Shown one piece after another: positions 50,080 through 63,515 of a stretch of DNA of 64,000 bases. The stretch comes from Escherichia coli (lineage in GTDB: Bacteria > Pseudomonadota > Gammaproteobacteria > Enterobacterales > Enterobacteriaceae), in assembly GCF_044647545.1 (NCBI RefSeq), contig NZ_CP172818.1; one strand, given 5' to 3'. The notes under the pieces were generated by a model, which had not been told where the DNA came from, searched no databases, and worked only from the letters and a program-made list of their open reading frames with translations. The translations under genes were made by a program, and so were the position numbers. The stretch's first letter is position 1. Each line of letters starts with the position of its first letter.

Positions 50080-51255
50080 ATGCAAAAACTCATTAACTCA
50101 GTGCAAAACTATGCCTGGGGCAGCAAAACGGCGTTGACTGAACTTTATGGTATGGAAAATCCGTCCAGCCAGCCGATGGCCGAGCTGTGGATGGGCGCAC
50201 ATCCGAAAAGCAGTTCACGGGTGCAGAATGCCGCCGGAGATATCGTTTCACTGCGTGATGTGATTGAGAGTGATAAAGCGACTCTTTTGGGAGATGCCGT
50301 TGCCAAACGCTTTGGCGAACTGCCTTTCCTGTTCAAAGTATTATGCGCAGCACAGCCGCTCTCCATTCAGGTTCATCCAAACAAACGCAATTCTGAAATC
50401 GGTTTTGCCAAAGAAAATGCCGCAGGTATTCCGATGGATGCCGCCGAGCGTAACTATAAAGATCCTAACCACAAGCCGGAGCTGGTTTTTGCGCTGACGC
50501 CTTTCCTTGCGATGAACGCGTTTCGTGATTTTTCCGAGATTGTCTCCCTGCTCCAGCCGGTCGCAGGTGCACATCCGGCGATTGCTCACTTTTTACAACA
50601 GCCTGATGCCGAACGTTTAAGCGAACTGTTCGCCAGCCTGTTGAATATGCAGGGTGAAGAAAAATCCCGCGCGCTGGCGATTTTAAAATCGGCCCTCGAC
50701 AGCCAGCAGGGTGAACCGTGGCAAACGATTCGTTTAATTTCTGAATTTTACCCGGAAGACAGCGGTCTGTTCTCCCCGCTATTGCTGAATGTGGTGAAAT
50801 TGAACCCTGGCGAAGCGATGTTCCTGTTCGCTGAAACACCGCACGCTTACCTGCAAGGCGTGGCGCTGGAAGTGATGGCGAACTCCGATAACGTGCTGCG
50901 TGCAGGTCTGACGCCTAAATACATTGATATTCCGGAACTGGTTGCCAATGTGAAGTTCGAAGCCAAACCGGCTAACCAGTTGTTGACCCAGCCGGTGAAA
51001 CAAGGTGCAGAACTGGACTTCCCGATTCCTGTTGATGATTTTGCCTTCTCGCTGCATGATCTTAGTGATAAAGAAACCAACATCAGCCAGCAGAGTGCCG
51101 CCATTTTGTTCTGCGTCGAAGGCGATGCAACGCTGTGTAAAGGTTCTCAGCAGTTACAGCTTAAACCGGGTGAATCAGCGTTTATTGCCGCCAACGAATC
51201 ACCGGTGACTGTCAAAGGCCACGGCCGTTTAGCGCGTGTTTACAACAAGCTGTAA
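50080..51255 (+). CDS. manA: Mannose-6-phosphate isomerase
   Basis: 391 aa from MQKLINSVQNYAWGSK. Confidence 0.95.
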   Translation: MQKLINSVQNYAWGSKTALTELYGMENPSSQPMAELWMGAHPKSSSRVQNAAGDIVSLRDVIESDKATLLGDAVAKRFGELPFLFKVLCAAQPLSIQVHPNKRNSEIGFAKENAAGIPMDAAERNYKDPNHKPELVFALTPFLAMNAFRDFSEIVSLLQPVAGAHPAIAHFLQQPDAERLSELFASLLNMQGEEKSRALAILKSALDSQQGEPWQTIRLISEFYPEDSGLFSPLLLNVVKLNPGEAMFLFAETPHAYLQGVALEVMANSDNVLRAGLTPKYIDIPELVANVKFEAKPANQLLTQPVKQGAELDFPIPVDDFAFSLHDLSDKETNISQQSAAILFCVEGDATLCKGSQQLQLKPGESAFIAANESPVTVKGHGRLARVYNKL

Positions 51256-51355
51256 GAGCTTACTGAAAAAATTAACATCTCTTGCTAAGCTTATTAAAGG
51301 CTTATAACACCTTCAGGCGGCCAGTCCGCCTGATTTCATTTTATGGATAATCATT

Positions 51356-52864
51356 ATGAATAAATCGCTGGTAGCGGTAGGCGTCATTGTTGCGCTAGGC
51401 GTAGTCTGGACAGGCGGCGCATGGTATACAGGCAAGAAGATTGAAACCCATCTCGAAGACATGGTCGCGCAGGCGAACGCGCAACTCAAACTGACCGCTC
51501 CTGAATCCAACCTGGAAGTGAGTTATCAAAACTATCATCGCGGCGTATTCAGCAGTCAGCTGCAACTGTTGGTGAAACCCATTGCCGGGAAAGAAAATCC
51601 GTGGATTAAAAGCGGTCAGAGCGTCATCTTCAACGAATCGGTTGATCATGGTCCCTTCCCCCGTGCCCAGCTAAAAAAACTGAACCTGATCCCGTCGATG
51701 GCATCAATTCAAACCACGCTGGTTAATAACGAAGTTAGCAAGCCACTGTTTGATATGGCAAAAGGTGAAACGCCTTTTGAGATTAACTCCCGCATTGGTT
51801 ACAGCGGAGATTCCAGTTCCGATATTTCGCTCAAGCCGCTGAATTACGAGCAAAAGGATGAAAAAGTCGCCTTTAGCGGCGGCGAGTTCCAGTTAAATGC
51901 GGACAGAGACGGCAAAGCTATCTCCCTTTCCGGAGAGGCGGAAAGTGGTCGGATAGACGCAGTTAACGAATACAACCAGAAAGTACAGTTGACCTTTAAT
52001 AATCTGAAAACCGACGGTTCCAGCACGCTGGCAAGTTTTGGTGAGCGCGTAGGAAACCAAAAACTGTCACTGGAAAAAATGACCATTTCAGTGGAAGGCA
52101 AAGAACTGGCACTGCTGGAAGGCATGGAGATCAGCGGTAAATCGGATCTGGTCAATGACGGTAAAACGATCAATAGCCAACTGGATTACTCGCTAAACAG
52201 CCTGAAGGTACAGAATCAGGATCTGGGCAGCGGCAAGCTGACTTTAAAAGTCGGCCAGATTGATGGTGAAGCCTGGCATCAGTTTAGCCAGCAATATAAC
52301 GCGCAAACTCAGGCGCTGCTGGCACAGCCAAAAATTGCCAACAATCCCGAACTTTATCAGGAGAAAGTGACGGAAGCCTTCTTTAGCGCCCTGCCGCTGA
52401 TGTTGAAAGGCGATCCGGTGATTACTATCGCGCCGCTAAGCTGGAAAAACAGTCAGGGTGAAAGTGCGCTGAATCTGTCGCTGTTCCTGAAAGATCCGGC
52501 AACAACTAAAGAAGCGCCGCAAACGCTGGCGCAGGAAGTGGACCGCTCGGTTAAATCTCTGGATGCGAAACTGACCATTCCGGTGGATATGGCAACTGAG
52601 TTGATGACTCAGGTAGCGAAGCTGGAAGGTTATCAGGAAGATCAAGCGAAAAAACTGGCGAAACAGCAAGTTGAAGGTGCATCAGCAATGGGGCAGATGT
52701 TCCGTCTGACCACCTTGCAGGACAATACCATCACCACCAGCCTGCAATATGCTAACGGTCAGATAACGTTAAACGGGCAGAAAATGCCACTGGAAGATTT
52801 CGTGGGTATGTTTGCGATGCCGACATTAAACGTTCCGGCTGTACCCGCTATTCCGCAGCAGTAA
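51356..52864 (+). CDS. ydgA: DUF945 family periplasmic/membrane-anchored protein
   Basis: 502 aa, N-terminal TM/signal. Confidence 0.85.
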   Translation: MNKSLVAVGVIVALGVVWTGGAWYTGKKIETHLEDMVAQANAQLKLTAPESNLEVSYQNYHRGVFSSQLQLLVKPIAGKENPWIKSGQSVIFNESVDHGPFPRAQLKKLNLIPSMASIQTTLVNNEVSKPLFDMAKGETPFEINSRIGYSGDSSSDISLKPLNYEQKDEKVAFSGGEFQLNADRDGKAISLSGEAESGRIDAVNEYNQKVQLTFNNLKTDGSSTLASFGERVGNQKLSLEKMTISVEGKELALLEGMEISGKSDLVNDGKTINSQLDYSLNSLKVQNQDLGSGKLTLKVGQIDGEAWHQFSQQYNAQTQALLAQPKIANNPELYQEKVTEAFFSALPLMLKGDPVITIAPLSWKNSQGESALNLSLFLKDPATTKEAPQTLAQEVDRSVKSLDAKLTIPVDMATELMTQVAKLEGYQEDQAKKLAKQQVEGASAMGQMFRLTTLQDNTITTSLQYANGQITLNGQKMPLEDFVGMFAMPTLNVPAVPAIPQQ

Positions 52865-52874
52865 TTCACAGAAA

Positions 52875-52904
52875 CGCCGGAGATTTTTCTCTCCGGCGTT
52901 TTTT
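52875..52904 (+). terminator. Rho-independent terminator after ydgA
   Basis: CGCCGGAGA-tttttc-TCTCCGGCG followed by T6. Confidence 0.8.
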
Positions 52905-52905
52905 C

Positions 52906-53229
52906 TTACTTCAGCATAAAGTCATACTGAATACTCATTTTCACATCCCAGTAATTCAGGCGATCGCCCAGCGCACTGCCATCGCGCTTTTCCCGCCCTT
53001 TATCGGCAGCAAGAAAGAAATTCATCCCTTGTAACGCCTCGGAATTACGAATATCTGCATCGGCGAACTGATCGTTAAAACTGCCCGGCACAGCAATTGC
53101 CCGGCTTTCTTGTAACGCGCTTTCCCACCAACGCTGATCAATTCCACAGTTTTCGCGATCCAGACTGAATGCCCACAGGCCGTCGAGTTTTTTGATTTCA
53201 CGGGTTGGGGTTTCTACAGGACGTAACAT
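52906..53229 (-). pseudogene. uidA: Remnant of beta-glucuronidase gene: first 62 codons of uidA fused to 45 unrelated codons; rest of uidA and uidB/uidC region absent
   Basis: N-terminal MLRPVETPTREIKKLDGLWAFSLDRENCGIDQRWWESALQESRAIAVPGSFNDQFADADIRN matches GUS as recalled, then diverges; ORF ends 41 nt from ydgA stop. Confidence 0.8.
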
Positions 53230-53618
53230 AAGGGACTCCTCATTAAGATAAAAATACTGGTCAACCTTTAATCTGATTAGTTAACCAATTCTGTGTTGCA
53301 CACAGTTATCTGTGAGAAACCCATGGAAGAGAAATGGAAATAAAAAGAACTGACACCGCGATCAAAAAACCAAAAACTGCAATACCCACAGCGTGATATT
53401 GATCGCATTAATCTTTAAAACAGCGTTGACAGAAGCCACAAAATAAGCAATCGAACGTTCGTTCGAACATATTGGGAGCGATAAACCCTCATGATATATT
53501 GCTACGATGAATATTTAGGTGGGATTCTCCGATCCCTGGGAGGATGATTTTTGCACAGAGAAATTACGATATGAAACGCGGGCACAGTTGTCACCAGCCC
53601 GCGGAAAGAGAGAGAGGA

Positions 53619-54209
53619 TCAGGATGCGGTTAAGATACCGCCAATCATCGCGCGTAAACCCTGAGCAAACGACGCTTCACGAGCCAGGTCTTCCGCTTCG
53701 ATATCGGCCAGTACACCGTAGGTCAGATCCAGCAGTAAACGTGCAGTCATTGCCGTGTTGATGTCTGGGCTTATCTCGCCTTTTTGCTGGGCATCACGCA
53801 TCCGCTGGGCAACAAATTCCGTGATCGTCATATGTTTATTTTTAAGCATGGCGGCGACCTGTGGGTTACGCATCCCTTCCGCCATAATTTCGACCACCAG
53901 CGCCCGTTGTCCAAAGGCTTCATGGGTGAGAGAGACAATAGACTCGACCATATAGTCAACGAAATGAATCCCTTCAATCGGTTCCCGGAAACGGGCCAGC
54001 GCCCTCTCCTGGTCCTGTAAGATAATCGCCTGAATCAAGGCTTCTTTGGAGATGAAATGGTGATAGAGCGTCCCGGGACTAATGGCGCAAGATTTACAGA
54101 TGGCTTTCATCGAGGCACTGTGAAATCCATTTTCTGAAAAAATCTCTCTCGCAGCATTGAGGATCCGGGTCCGTGTCGGTTGTGCTTCAGTCTGCATGTT
54201 ATCCATCAT
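53619..54209 (-). CDS. uidR: TetR-family repressor of the uid operon
   Basis: 196 aa, N-terminal TetR HTH. Confidence 0.9.
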   Translation of the reverse strand: MMDNMQTEAQPTRTRILNAAREIFSENGFHSASMKAICKSCAISPGTLYHHFISKEALIQAIILQDQERALARFREPIEGIHFVDYMVESIVSLTHEAFGQRALVVEIMAEGMRNPQVAAMLKNKHMTITEFVAQRMRDAQQKGEISPDINTAMTARLLLDLTYGVLADIEAEDLAREASFAQGLRAMIGGILTAS

Positions 54210-54437
54210 TAAACCATTATAGTTAGCGTGAATAACTAGTTTACCGCGTTGTCAGGTGAGCGCCTATCATTGCTGTTGAATAGTGCGAAGGCACACTCTA
54301 TTCGTATACTTTTCACCCAGCAATTGGTTAACCAATAGCCGTGATTTGGCTGTCAGTTGTTTCGCAGAGACGTTGATGAGTTGTTCACGCTATCCCGGTA
54401 AACAACACGTACGGCTGTTTACCGGTCCGTTAGTGTA

Positions 54438-55205
54438 TTAATTGAGCTCCTGTACCCCACCACCGGAGACGGTGAGAATTTGTCCGCTTACCCAGCTGGC
54501 TGCAGGCGAGCAAAGGAACAGCGCCGCGTTAGCAATATCTTGCGGTTGGCCCAGACGTCTGATCGGTGTGTGCTGTAACATTTTTTGTTCAATTTCTGGT
54601 GTAATAACGGATTTTAGGGCATCGGTTAATATTGCCCCCGGCGCAATGCCATTCACCCGAATATTTTTTTCACCCAGGTCAAACGCCATATTTCTGACCA
54701 GATGACTGGCCGCAGCTTTAGATGATGCATAAGAAGTCATGTTTATATTTTTATTTTCTGCCGCCATAGAAGTGATGGTCAGAATAACGCCACCGCCATT
54801 TTTTTCCATTTTTGGCGCAACAAGTTGTGACAGATGGAAAAAAGAAAACACATTCAGTTCATAAGCACGGCGAAAATCTGCCATTGGCATATCAAACGGT
54901 TTAGGACCACCGCCACCGGCGTTGTTAACTAGGATATCAACTTTACCCAGCTTACTGACGGCAAAGTCTGCCAGTGCAGAGAGTTCCTGTTCGGAAGTAA
55001 TATCGCAGCGGCAGGCAAATGCCTGACCACCCAGTTGTTGAATTTCATCTACAACATGGTTAGCTGCGTCGGCGTTAATATCACTGACCACCACAGATGC
55101 GCCAGCTGTCGCGAATGTAATGGCAATTTCTTTACCAATACCTGCACCCGCACCTGTGATGATGGCGCATTTTCCGTCGAGTCTCAGGTTGTCAGAATTA
55201 AACAC
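54438..55205 (-). CDS. hdhA: 7-alpha-hydroxysteroid dehydrogenase (SDR)
   Basis: 255 aa; TGAGAGIG, YxxxK. Confidence 0.9.
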   Translation of the reverse strand: MFNSDNLRLDGKCAIITGAGAGIGKEIAITFATAGASVVVSDINADAANHVVDEIQQLGGQAFACRCDITSEQELSALADFAVSKLGKVDILVNNAGGGGPKPFDMPMADFRRAYELNVFSFFHLSQLVAPKMEKNGGGVILTITSMAAENKNINMTSYASSKAAASHLVRNMAFDLGEKNIRVNGIAPGAILTDALKSVITPEIEQKMLQHTPIRRLGQPQDIANAALFLCSPAASWVSGQILTVSGGGVQELN

Positions 55206-55316
55206 ATAAACCTCCTGTGAACTTCAGTAAAGATAAAAGGCACCGCCTGTGTGCCACATTTTTTATCATTAACCTTGAGGAAAGGACACTACCAGGTATA
55301 GCAGATAAAGAGAGGA

Positions 55317-58112
<2,796 letters not shown>

Positions 58113-58121
58113 GGATAAGAT

Positions 58122-59294
58122 ATGTTCGATTTTTCAAAGGTCGTGGATCGTCATGGCACATGGTGTACGCAGTGGGATTATGTCGCCGACCGTTTCGGCA
58201 CTGCTGACCTGTTACCGTTCACGATTTCAGACATGGATTTTGCCACTGCCCCCTGCATTATCGAGGCGCTGAATCAGCGTCTGATGCACGGCGTGTTTGG
58301 CTACAGCCGCTGGAAAAACGATGAGTTTCTCGCGGCTATTGCCCACTGGTTTTCCACCCAGCATTACACCGCCATCGATCCTCAGTCGGTGGTGTATGGC
58401 CCTTCTGTCATCTATATGGTTTCAGAACTGATTCGTCAGTGGTCTGAAACAGGTGAAGGCGTGGTGATCCACACACCCGCCTATGACGCATTTTACAAGG
58501 CCATTGAAGGTAACCAGCGCACAGTAATGCCCGTTGCTTTAGAGAAGCAGGCTGACGGCTGGTTTTGCGATATGGGCAAGCTGGAAGCCGTGCTGGCGAA
58601 ACCAGAATGTAAAATTATGCTCCTGTGTAGCCCACAGAATCCTACCGGGAAAGTGTGGACGTGCGATGAGCTGGAGATCATGGCTGACCTGTGCGAGCGT
58701 CATGGTGTGCGGGTTATTTCCGATGAAATCCATATGGATATGGTTTGGGGCGAGCAGCCGCATATTCCCTGGTGTAATGTGGCGCGCGGAGACTGGGCGT
58801 TGCTAACGTCGGGATCAAAAAGTTTCAATATTCCCGCCCTGACCGGTGCTTACGGGATTATAGAAAATAGCAGTAGCCGCGATGCCTATTTATCGGCACT
58901 GAAAGGACGTGATGGGCTTTCTTCTCCTTCGGTACTGGCGTTAACTGCTCATATCGCCGCCTATCAGCAAGGCGCGCCGTGGCTGGATGCCTTACGCGTC
59001 TATCTGAAAGATAACCTGACGTATATCGCAGATAAAATGAACGCTGCGTTTCCTGAACTCAACTGGCAGATCCCGCAATCCACTTATCTGGCCTGGCTTG
59101 ATCTACGTCCATTGAACATTGACGACAACGCGTTGCAAAAAGCGCTTATCGAGCAAGAAAAGGTCGCGATCATGCCGGGATATACCTACGGTGAAGAAGG
59201 TCGTGGTTTTGTCCGACTCAATGCCGGGTGCCCGCGTTCGAAACTGGAAAAAGGTGTTGCTGGATTAATTAACGCCATCCGCGCTGTTCGTTAA
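58122..59294 (+). CDS. malY: PLP-dependent cystathionine beta-lyase / MalT antagonist
   Basis: 390 aa, aminotransferase class I/II fold. Confidence 0.9.
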   Translation: MFDFSKVVDRHGTWCTQWDYVADRFGTADLLPFTISDMDFATAPCIIEALNQRLMHGVFGYSRWKNDEFLAAIAHWFSTQHYTAIDPQSVVYGPSVIYMVSELIRQWSETGEGVVIHTPAYDAFYKAIEGNQRTVMPVALEKQADGWFCDMGKLEAVLAKPECKIMLLCSPQNPTGKVWTCDELEIMADLCERHGVRVISDEIHMDMVWGEQPHIPWCNVARGDWALLTSGSKSFNIPALTGAYGIIENSSSRDAYLSALKGRDGLSSPSVLALTAHIAAYQQGAPWLDALRVYLKDNLTYIADKMNAAFPELNWQIPQSTYLAWLDLRPLNIDDNALQKALIEQEKVAIMPGYTYGEEGRGFVRLNAGCPRSKLEKGVAGLINAIRAVR

Positions 59295-59397
59295 CCCCAA
59301 TTGCGCAACGTAAAAAATCGTTGCGCAATCGTGGATTTTTACCCTGCTTTGTTTTTATAATGGTGCGCACTTTTATATCCAGAAAAAGAGTGCGACC

Positions 59398-60399
59398 ATG
59401 ATTGATACCACCCTGCCATTAACTGATATCCATCGCCACCTTGATGGCAACATTCGTCCCCAGACCATTCTTGAACTTGGCCGCCAGTATAATATCTCGA
59501 TTCCTGCACAATCCCTGGAAACACTGATTCCCCACGTTCAGGTCATTGCCAACGAACCCGATCTGGTGAGCTTTCTGACTAAACTTGACTGGGGCGTTAA
59601 AGTTCTCGCCTCTCTTGATGCTTGCCGCCGCGTGGCATTTGAAAACATTGAAGATGCAGCCCGTAACGGCCTGCACTATGTCGAGCTGCGTTTTTCACCG
59701 GGCTACATGGCAATGGCACATCAGCTGCCTGTAGCGGGTGTTGTCGAAGCGGTGATCGATGGCGTACGTGAAGGTTGCCGCACCTTTGGTGTGCAGGCGA
59801 AGCTTATCGGCATTATGAGCCGGACCTTCGGTGAAGCAGCCTGTCAGCAAGAGCTGGAGGCCTTTTTAGCCCACCGTGACCAGATTACCGCACTTGATTT
59901 AGCCGGTGATGAACTTGGTTTCCCGGGAAGTCTGTTTCTTTCTCACTTCAACCGCGCGCGTGATGCGGGCTGGCATATTACCGTCCATGCAGGCGAAGCT
60001 GCCGGGCCGGAAAGCATCTGGCAGGCGATTCGTGAACTGGGGGCAGAGCGTATTGGACATGGCGTAAAAGCCATTGAAGATCGGGCGCTGATGGATTTTC
60101 TCGCCGAGCAGCAAATTGGTATTGAATCCTGTCTGACCTCCAATATTCAGACCAGCACCGTGGCAGAGCTGGCGGCACATCCGCTGAAAATGTTCCTTGA
60201 GCATGGCATTCGTGCCAGCATTAACACTGACGATCCCGGCGTACAGGGAGTGGATATCATTCACGAATATACCGTTGCCGCGCCGGCTGCTGGGTTATCC
60301 CGCGAGCAAATCCGCCAGGCGCAGATTAATGGTCTGGAAATGGCTTTCCTCAGCGCAGAGGAAAAACGCGCACTGCGAGAAAAAGTCGCCGCGAAGTAA
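59398..60399 (+). CDS. add: Adenosine deaminase
   Basis: 333 aa; metal-binding HxH (IHRHLDGN) near N-terminus. Confidence 0.95.
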   Translation: MIDTTLPLTDIHRHLDGNIRPQTILELGRQYNISIPAQSLETLIPHVQVIANEPDLVSFLTKLDWGVKVLASLDACRRVAFENIEDAARNGLHYVELRFSPGYMAMAHQLPVAGVVEAVIDGVREGCRTFGVQAKLIGIMSRTFGEAACQQELEAFLAHRDQITALDLAGDELGFPGSLFLSHFNRARDAGWHITVHAGEAAGPESIWQAIRELGAERIGHGVKAIEDRALMDFLAEQQIGIESCLTSNIQTSTVAELAAHPLKMFLEHGIRASINTDDPGVQGVDIIHEYTVAAPAAGLSREQIRQAQINGLEMAFLSAEEKRALREKVAAK

Positions 60400-60434
60400 C
60401 AAAAATGGATGGTGCTAATTGCACCATCCTCTTT

Positions 60435-61475
60435 TCACGCAAGGCACAGCGTCGCGCGATGTTTGGCGGATTCGATGCCCAGCTCAATCAACTCCATTAC
60501 CTGGATTGCCTGACTTGCCGGAACCGGATTTTCACCATCGCCATTTAACGCATCACGAATAGCCGCATAGTAAGCCGGATAATTCCCTGGTACTGTCAAC
60601 AGCGTTTCTTCGACACGTTCCTCACCTTCCACGCGGGTAAGTACGCCATCACGCATATCGTAGCCCCAGTCTTCCTGCGGCAGACGCTCGCCATTTTTCA
60701 GACGTTCTTCCTGTGGATCGAGGCCATATTTCACATAACTGCCTCGGGATCCATGCACGATATAACGTGCTGACTCAGCGGCTGCCAGCATGGTGCCGTG
60801 TAAAATGACTCGCCGCTGCGGATAGGACAAGATGGCGTGGAAATAATCAGTCGACTGCGCTCCGGGCCGTAACTGTGCCAAATCAACCGTCATGCTGACC
60901 GGTAAACCAAATAGCGTAATGGCCTGATCAAGAAGATGCGGTGCTAAATCGTACCAGATACCGCTGCCAGGACCGCCCTGTTCACGCCAACGATCGCGCA
61001 CCTGCGGATGGAAGCGGTCAAAATGAGACTCAAAGTAAGCAACTTCACCCAGTACGCCTTCCGCGAGCAAACCTTTTAGCGTCAGGAAATCGCTATCCCA
61101 GCGACGGTTATGGAATACAGACAGCACACGCCCCAGGCTTTTTGCCAGCGCTTCCAGCTCTCGCGCTTGTGACAGTGTCACGGTAAAGGGTTTATCAACG
61201 ACCACATGTTTACCCGCCTCAAGCGCCGCTTTGGCTAACGGGAAATGGGTATCGTTGGGTGTAGGAATGACAATCAGGTCTATGTTGGGATCGTTAAACA
61301 GATGCTTCGGCTCAGAGACAACCGCAACCGTTGGCCAGTCGGCTTTTACTTTTGTTTCATCGCTGCTGGAGATTACCGCCAGTTCCAGCCCGGGCGTGCC
61401 CGCAATCAGGGGCGCATGGAAGGTTTTGCTCGCATAACCATACCCAATCAACCCAACACGGATGTTGTCGCTCAT
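60435..61475 (-). CDS. ydgJ: Gfo/Idh/MocA-family oxidoreductase
   Basis: 346 aa from MSDNIRVGLIGYGY Rossmann motif. Confidence 0.85.
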   Translation of the reverse strand: MSDNIRVGLIGYGYASKTFHAPLIAGTPGLELAVISSSDETKVKADWPTVAVVSEPKHLFNDPNIDLIVIPTPNDTHFPLAKAALEAGKHVVVDKPFTVTLSQARELEALAKSLGRVLSVFHNRRWDSDFLTLKGLLAEGVLGEVAYFESHFDRFHPQVRDRWREQGGPGSGIWYDLAPHLLDQAITLFGLPVSMTVDLAQLRPGAQSTDYFHAILSYPQRRVILHGTMLAAAESARYIVHGSRGSYVKYGLDPQEERLKNGERLPQEDWGYDMRDGVLTRVEGEERVEETLLTVPGNYPAYYAAIRDALNGDGENPVPASQAIQVMELIELGIESAKHRATLCLA

Positions 61476-61717
61476 GTCATTGCCTCTCATTGAAGTATGA
61501 TGGCTATTTGACACTATCCTTTACCCTCGCTCAACAGTTTAATAACCTGCCAGCAATAAGGGATGTTGTTTAACTTAAGTCAAAAAAATAGCGAATTTTC
61601 CAACGACAAAAGCTAAATATCGCAAAAACCTCAGTAAAAATCTTGCTGGAGCTATTATTGCTAAGTAACATTTACCCCCTGAAGTTAATGGATCAATCAA
61701 CAGAGATGTGGGCTGTA

Positions 61718-61843
61718 ATGAATCGTCTTATTGAATTAACAGGTTGGATCGTTCTTGTCGTTTCAGTCATTCTTCTTGGCGTGGCGAGTCACATTGACAA
61801 CTATCAGCCACCTGAACAGAGTACTACGGTACAACACAAGTAA
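61718..61843 (+). CDS. blr: Small membrane protein Blr (41 aa)
   Basis: MNRLIELTGWIVLVVSVILLGVASHIDNYQPPEQ...; single TM. Confidence 0.75.
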   Translation: MNRLIELTGWIVLVVSVILLGVASHIDNYQPPEQSTTVQHK

Positions 61844-62115
61844 GCTCTGCGCTTGTAGAGCGACATGCTGCCCGTCCGGGTGCATGTTTTCACTTGTCGG
61901 ATATTAAACCAGGAATTTATTATCTTGTTCGATGTTGTTGGTGATTGTCAGGGATAGTAAAGCGCGTTACTCTTTTCAGAGCAGTTTTTCATCTCTGAAT
62001 ATTTGCCATCAGCGCATTCTTATTATTGTAATAACACACGCGTTCACTTTTGGTGAAATTTTATCATCACTAATAATACCTACTCCTTTGGTATTAATTA
62101 TTTTATGGACCTTTT

Positions 62116-62331
62116 ATGACTGTTCAGGACTACTTATTAAAATTTCGCAAAATCAGTTCACTCGAAAGTCTGGAAAAACTCTACGACCATCTTAATTACA
62201 CTCTGACGGATGATCAGGAACTGATCAATATGTATCGTGCTGCCGATCACCGCCGCGCAGAGCTGGTTTCTGGCGGGCGTTTGTTTGACCTCGGCCAGGT
62301 ACCGAAGTCCGTCTGGCACTATGTCCAGTAA
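62116..62331 (+). CDS. cnu: Hha/YmoA-family nucleoid-associated protein Cnu (YdgT)
   Basis: 71 aa. Confidence 0.9.
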
Positions 62332-62416
62332 AGAAAGTAGCGATCGGTTATAAAAGCCTTATAATAACGCCCCTAAAATTAGATTTGCCTGTTTGCGTCG
62401 CTATTCTGGAGAACCT

Positions 62417-62857
62417 ATGACCACCACAACGCCACAACGTATTGGAGGCTGGTTACTTGGCCCATTGGCCTGGCTTTTAGTCGCTCTGTTAAGTACGACG
62501 CTGGCGTTGTTGCTGTATACCGCTGCGTTATCTTCTCCGCAAACATTTCAAACGCTCGGCGGACAAGCACTGACGACACAAATCTTATGGGGCGTTTCTT
62601 TTATTACCGCTATCGCCATGTGGTATTACACACTGTGGTTGACCATCGCTTTCTTTAAACGTCGGCGTTGTGTTCCTAAACACTATATTATCTGGCTGCT
62701 TATTTCCGTATTGCTGGCAGTAAAAGCGTTCGCTTTTTCACCCGTAGAAGATGGCATAGCCGTTCGCCAGTTGCTGTTTACTTTGTTGGCAACCGCATTG
62801 ATCGTCCCCTATTTCAAACGCTCGTCGCGGGTGAAAGCGACGTTTGTGAATCCGTAA
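62417..62857 (+). CDS. ydgK: DUF2569 inner membrane protein
   Basis: 146 aa from MTTTTPQR, 4 TM. Confidence 0.8.
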   Translation: MTTTTPQRIGGWLLGPLAWLLVALLSTTLALLLYTAALSSPQTFQTLGGQALTTQILWGVSFITAIAMWYYTLWLTIAFFKRRRCVPKHYIIWLLISVLLAVKAFAFSPVEDGIAVRQLLFTLLATALIVPYFKRSSRVKATFVNP

Positions 62858-62933
62858 TAACCTTACAGTTAACCTGTTGTCGCCTGCTCTGGATTAACGG
62901 ATAATAGGCGGCTTTTTTATTTCAGGCCGAAAA

Positions 62934-63515
62934 ATGACTGACTACCTGTTACTGTTTGTCGGAACTGTACTGGTCAATAACTTTGTACTGGTCAAGTTTC
63001 TCGGTCTCTGTCCGTTTATGGGGGTTTCCAAAAAGCTGGAAACCGCGATGGGCATGGGGCTGGCAACAACGTTTGTAATGACGCTGGCGTCTATTTGCGC
63101 CTGGCTTATCGATACGTGGATTTTGATCCCGCTTAATCTGATTTACCTGCGCACCCTGGCGTTTATTCTGGTGATTGCTGTGGTTGTGCAGTTCACCGAG
63201 ATGGTGGTGCGCAAAACCAGCCCGGTGCTTTACCGTCTGCTGGGGATTTTTTTGCCGCTTATCACCACCAACTGTGCCGTGCTCGGCGTGGCGTTGCTGA
63301 ATATCAATCTCGGGCACAATTTCTTGCAGTCGGCGCTGTACGGTTTTTCCGCCGCTGTCGGTTTCTCGCTGGTGATGGTGCTCTTCGCCGCCATCCGCGA
63401 ACGCCTCGCTGTGGCTGATGTCCCGGCACCTTTTCGCGGTAATGCCATTGCGTTAATTACCGCAGGTCTTATGTCTCTGGCCTTTATGGGCTTTAGTGGT
63501 TTGGTGAAGTTGTAA
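62934..63515 (+). CDS. rsxA: Rnf/Rsx electron transport complex subunit A
   Basis: 193 aa polytopic membrane protein. Confidence 0.95.
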
